Both the position numbers and the translations under genes were made by a program. The notes below the pieces were generated by a model that was not told where the DNA came from, ran no database searches, and saw only the letters and a list, made by a program, of their open reading frames with translations. A stretch of 64,000 bases of DNA from Acidobacteriota bacterium (lineage in GTDB: Bacteria > Acidobacteriota > UBA6911 > RPQK01 > JAJDTT01), in assembly GCA_965217775.1 (NCBI GenBank), contig CBDCJH010000002.1:4864001-4928000 (forward strand). Reading direction: 5' to 3'. The stretch's first letter is position 1. Every line of letters begins with the position of its first letter. Below, piece by piece: positions 62,872-64,000 of the stretch.

Positions 62872-64000
62872 ATGAGTGTTTCTGATTCCGAATCCCAGTT
62901 CAGAGTCCTCCACGGCTGGGCCGAAATGAGCCCCGAAGAACCGGTTGTGGCCGGCTCCATGGGCACTTGGAAAATTCGCTACCGGGTGGGGAAATACGGC
63001 ATCGACGACGGAGGCAGGATCCGTGTCGTCAGGCGTTTCGTGAGTGACTGGGGCACGCCTCAGACGGACCGGCCCGACCAGGCCGATTTCCTGACCTTCT
63101 CCACTTCGGGCAGCGCACGAGTCTCGGTCTCTTGTGATCCGCACGCACACGTTCGACCCTGGCAGAAGTCCATGACCGTCTCCGTGAATGACGGTTACCT
63201 CCGGGAGGGGGACACGGCTACGCTGGTCCTGGGAGACACCTCGTCAGGTGGACCGGGTTCCCGGGCGCAGACCTTCTGCGAGCCCCGGTTCGAGTTCAAG
63301 GTCCTGGTGGACTGCTTCGGCACGGGATCATTCGTGGAGCTGGAACCGGTTGGAAGCCTCCCCATAGTGGGTGGGCCGGGTGCCGAGATCCAGTTGATCG
63401 TTCCCACCGACGTGGTCCTGGGAATCCCCTTTCGAGTTTCGGTACGCGTCCTGGACCAATGGGGCAACCCGGCGGATCGCTACCAGGGAACGCTGGAGAC
63501 CGGCAACAGTGCGAAACTCTTCTACGGCCTCCCTTCCCGTCTGACTCTTGAGCGCTCCGATCAGGGAATTCTCTGTCTGGACGGCGTCCTGGCCCGGGAG
63601 CCGGGGATCTACCGGATAGAGGCGGTGGACCCCAAACGCGGCCTGAAGGCCGTCAGCAATCCCCTCCTGGTGAAGACGCACCAGCCCCGGCGGAGGCGAT
63701 TCTGGGGAGATCTCCACGGCCAGAGCGAGGAGACGGTAGGAACCCTGACGGTGGACGAATACTTCGCGTTCGCCCGCAACCAGGCGTTGGTGGACTTCGC
63801 GGGCCATCAGGGGAACTGCTTCCAGATCACGCCGGAGGTCTGGAACCGAATCCGGGAAACGGTCGGCGCCTACCATGAGCCGGGGCGGTTCGTCACCTTT
63901 CTCGGTTACGAGTGGTCGGGACTGACCGCGGGCGGCGGGGACAGGAACGTCTATTTTCGGGGCGACGACGGGCCTCTGCATCGCGCCAGCCGCTGCCTGA
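62872..64000 (+). CDS. DUF3604-like / PHP-type protein (3' truncated by window edge; absent from the ORF track because it has no stop)
   Basis: Frame MSVSDSESQF...GKYGIDDGG...SDWGTPQ...FWGDLHGQSEETVG...HQGN...FLGYEWSG...GGDRNV runs to the window end. Confidence 0.8.
   Translation, partial: MSVSDSESQFRVLHGWAEMSPEEPVVAGSMGTWKIRYRVGKYGIDDGGRIRVVRRFVSDWGTPQTDRPDQADFLTFSTSGSARVSVSCDPHAHVRPWQKSMTVSVNDGYLREGDTATLVLGDTSSGGPGSRAQTFCEPRFEFKVLVDCFGTGSFVELEPVGSLPIVGGPGAEIQLIVPTDVVLGIPFRVSVRVLDQWGNPADRYQGTLETGNSAKLFYGLPSRLTLERSDQGILCLDGVLAREPGIYRIEAVDPKRGLKAVSNPLLVKTHQPRRRRFWGDLHGQSEETVGTLTVDEYFAFARNQALVDFAGHQGNCFQITPEVWNRIRETVGAYHEPGRFVTFLGYEWSGLTAGGGDRNVYFRGDDGPLHRASRCL

Overview
GC-rich bacterial chromosome segment, most likely Acidobacteriota. 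This is inferred from the acidobacterial-type VWA protein, DUF1553/DUF1501 pairs, a PQQ dehydrogenase paired with a cytochrome c, and the yicC-gmk-rpoZ-coaBC-era-UDG-priA and kdsB-pyrG-kdsA-kdsD blocks. It holds about 50 CDS (housekeeping, LPS/Kdo, catabolic enzymes, a MacAB-TolC-like exporter with three periplasmic-adaptor domains), a tRNA-Gly(CCC) and a large Alu-containing SRP RNA. I saw no transposase, integrase, reverse transcriptase or CRISPR array, but the intergenic DNA is rich in small non-autonomous elements: three MITE-like families, GTAG- and GGAG-type REP-like palindromes and heptamer arrays. Most notable: (i) an SRP RNA whose Alu domain carries a 21-nt extra hairpin at the conserved UGU turn; (ii) a secreted PHP-like metallohydrolase gene bracketed by two copies of the same MITE and splitting the efflux operon; (iii) a MITE family whose flanks covary copy by copy; (iv) a two-gene lower-GC insert between an intact VWA gene and a remnant of a VWA paralogue; (v) a HAD-phosphatase/AIR-synthase-like fusion and a degenerate GTPase. 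All family assignments come from motif recognition by eye, not database searches.
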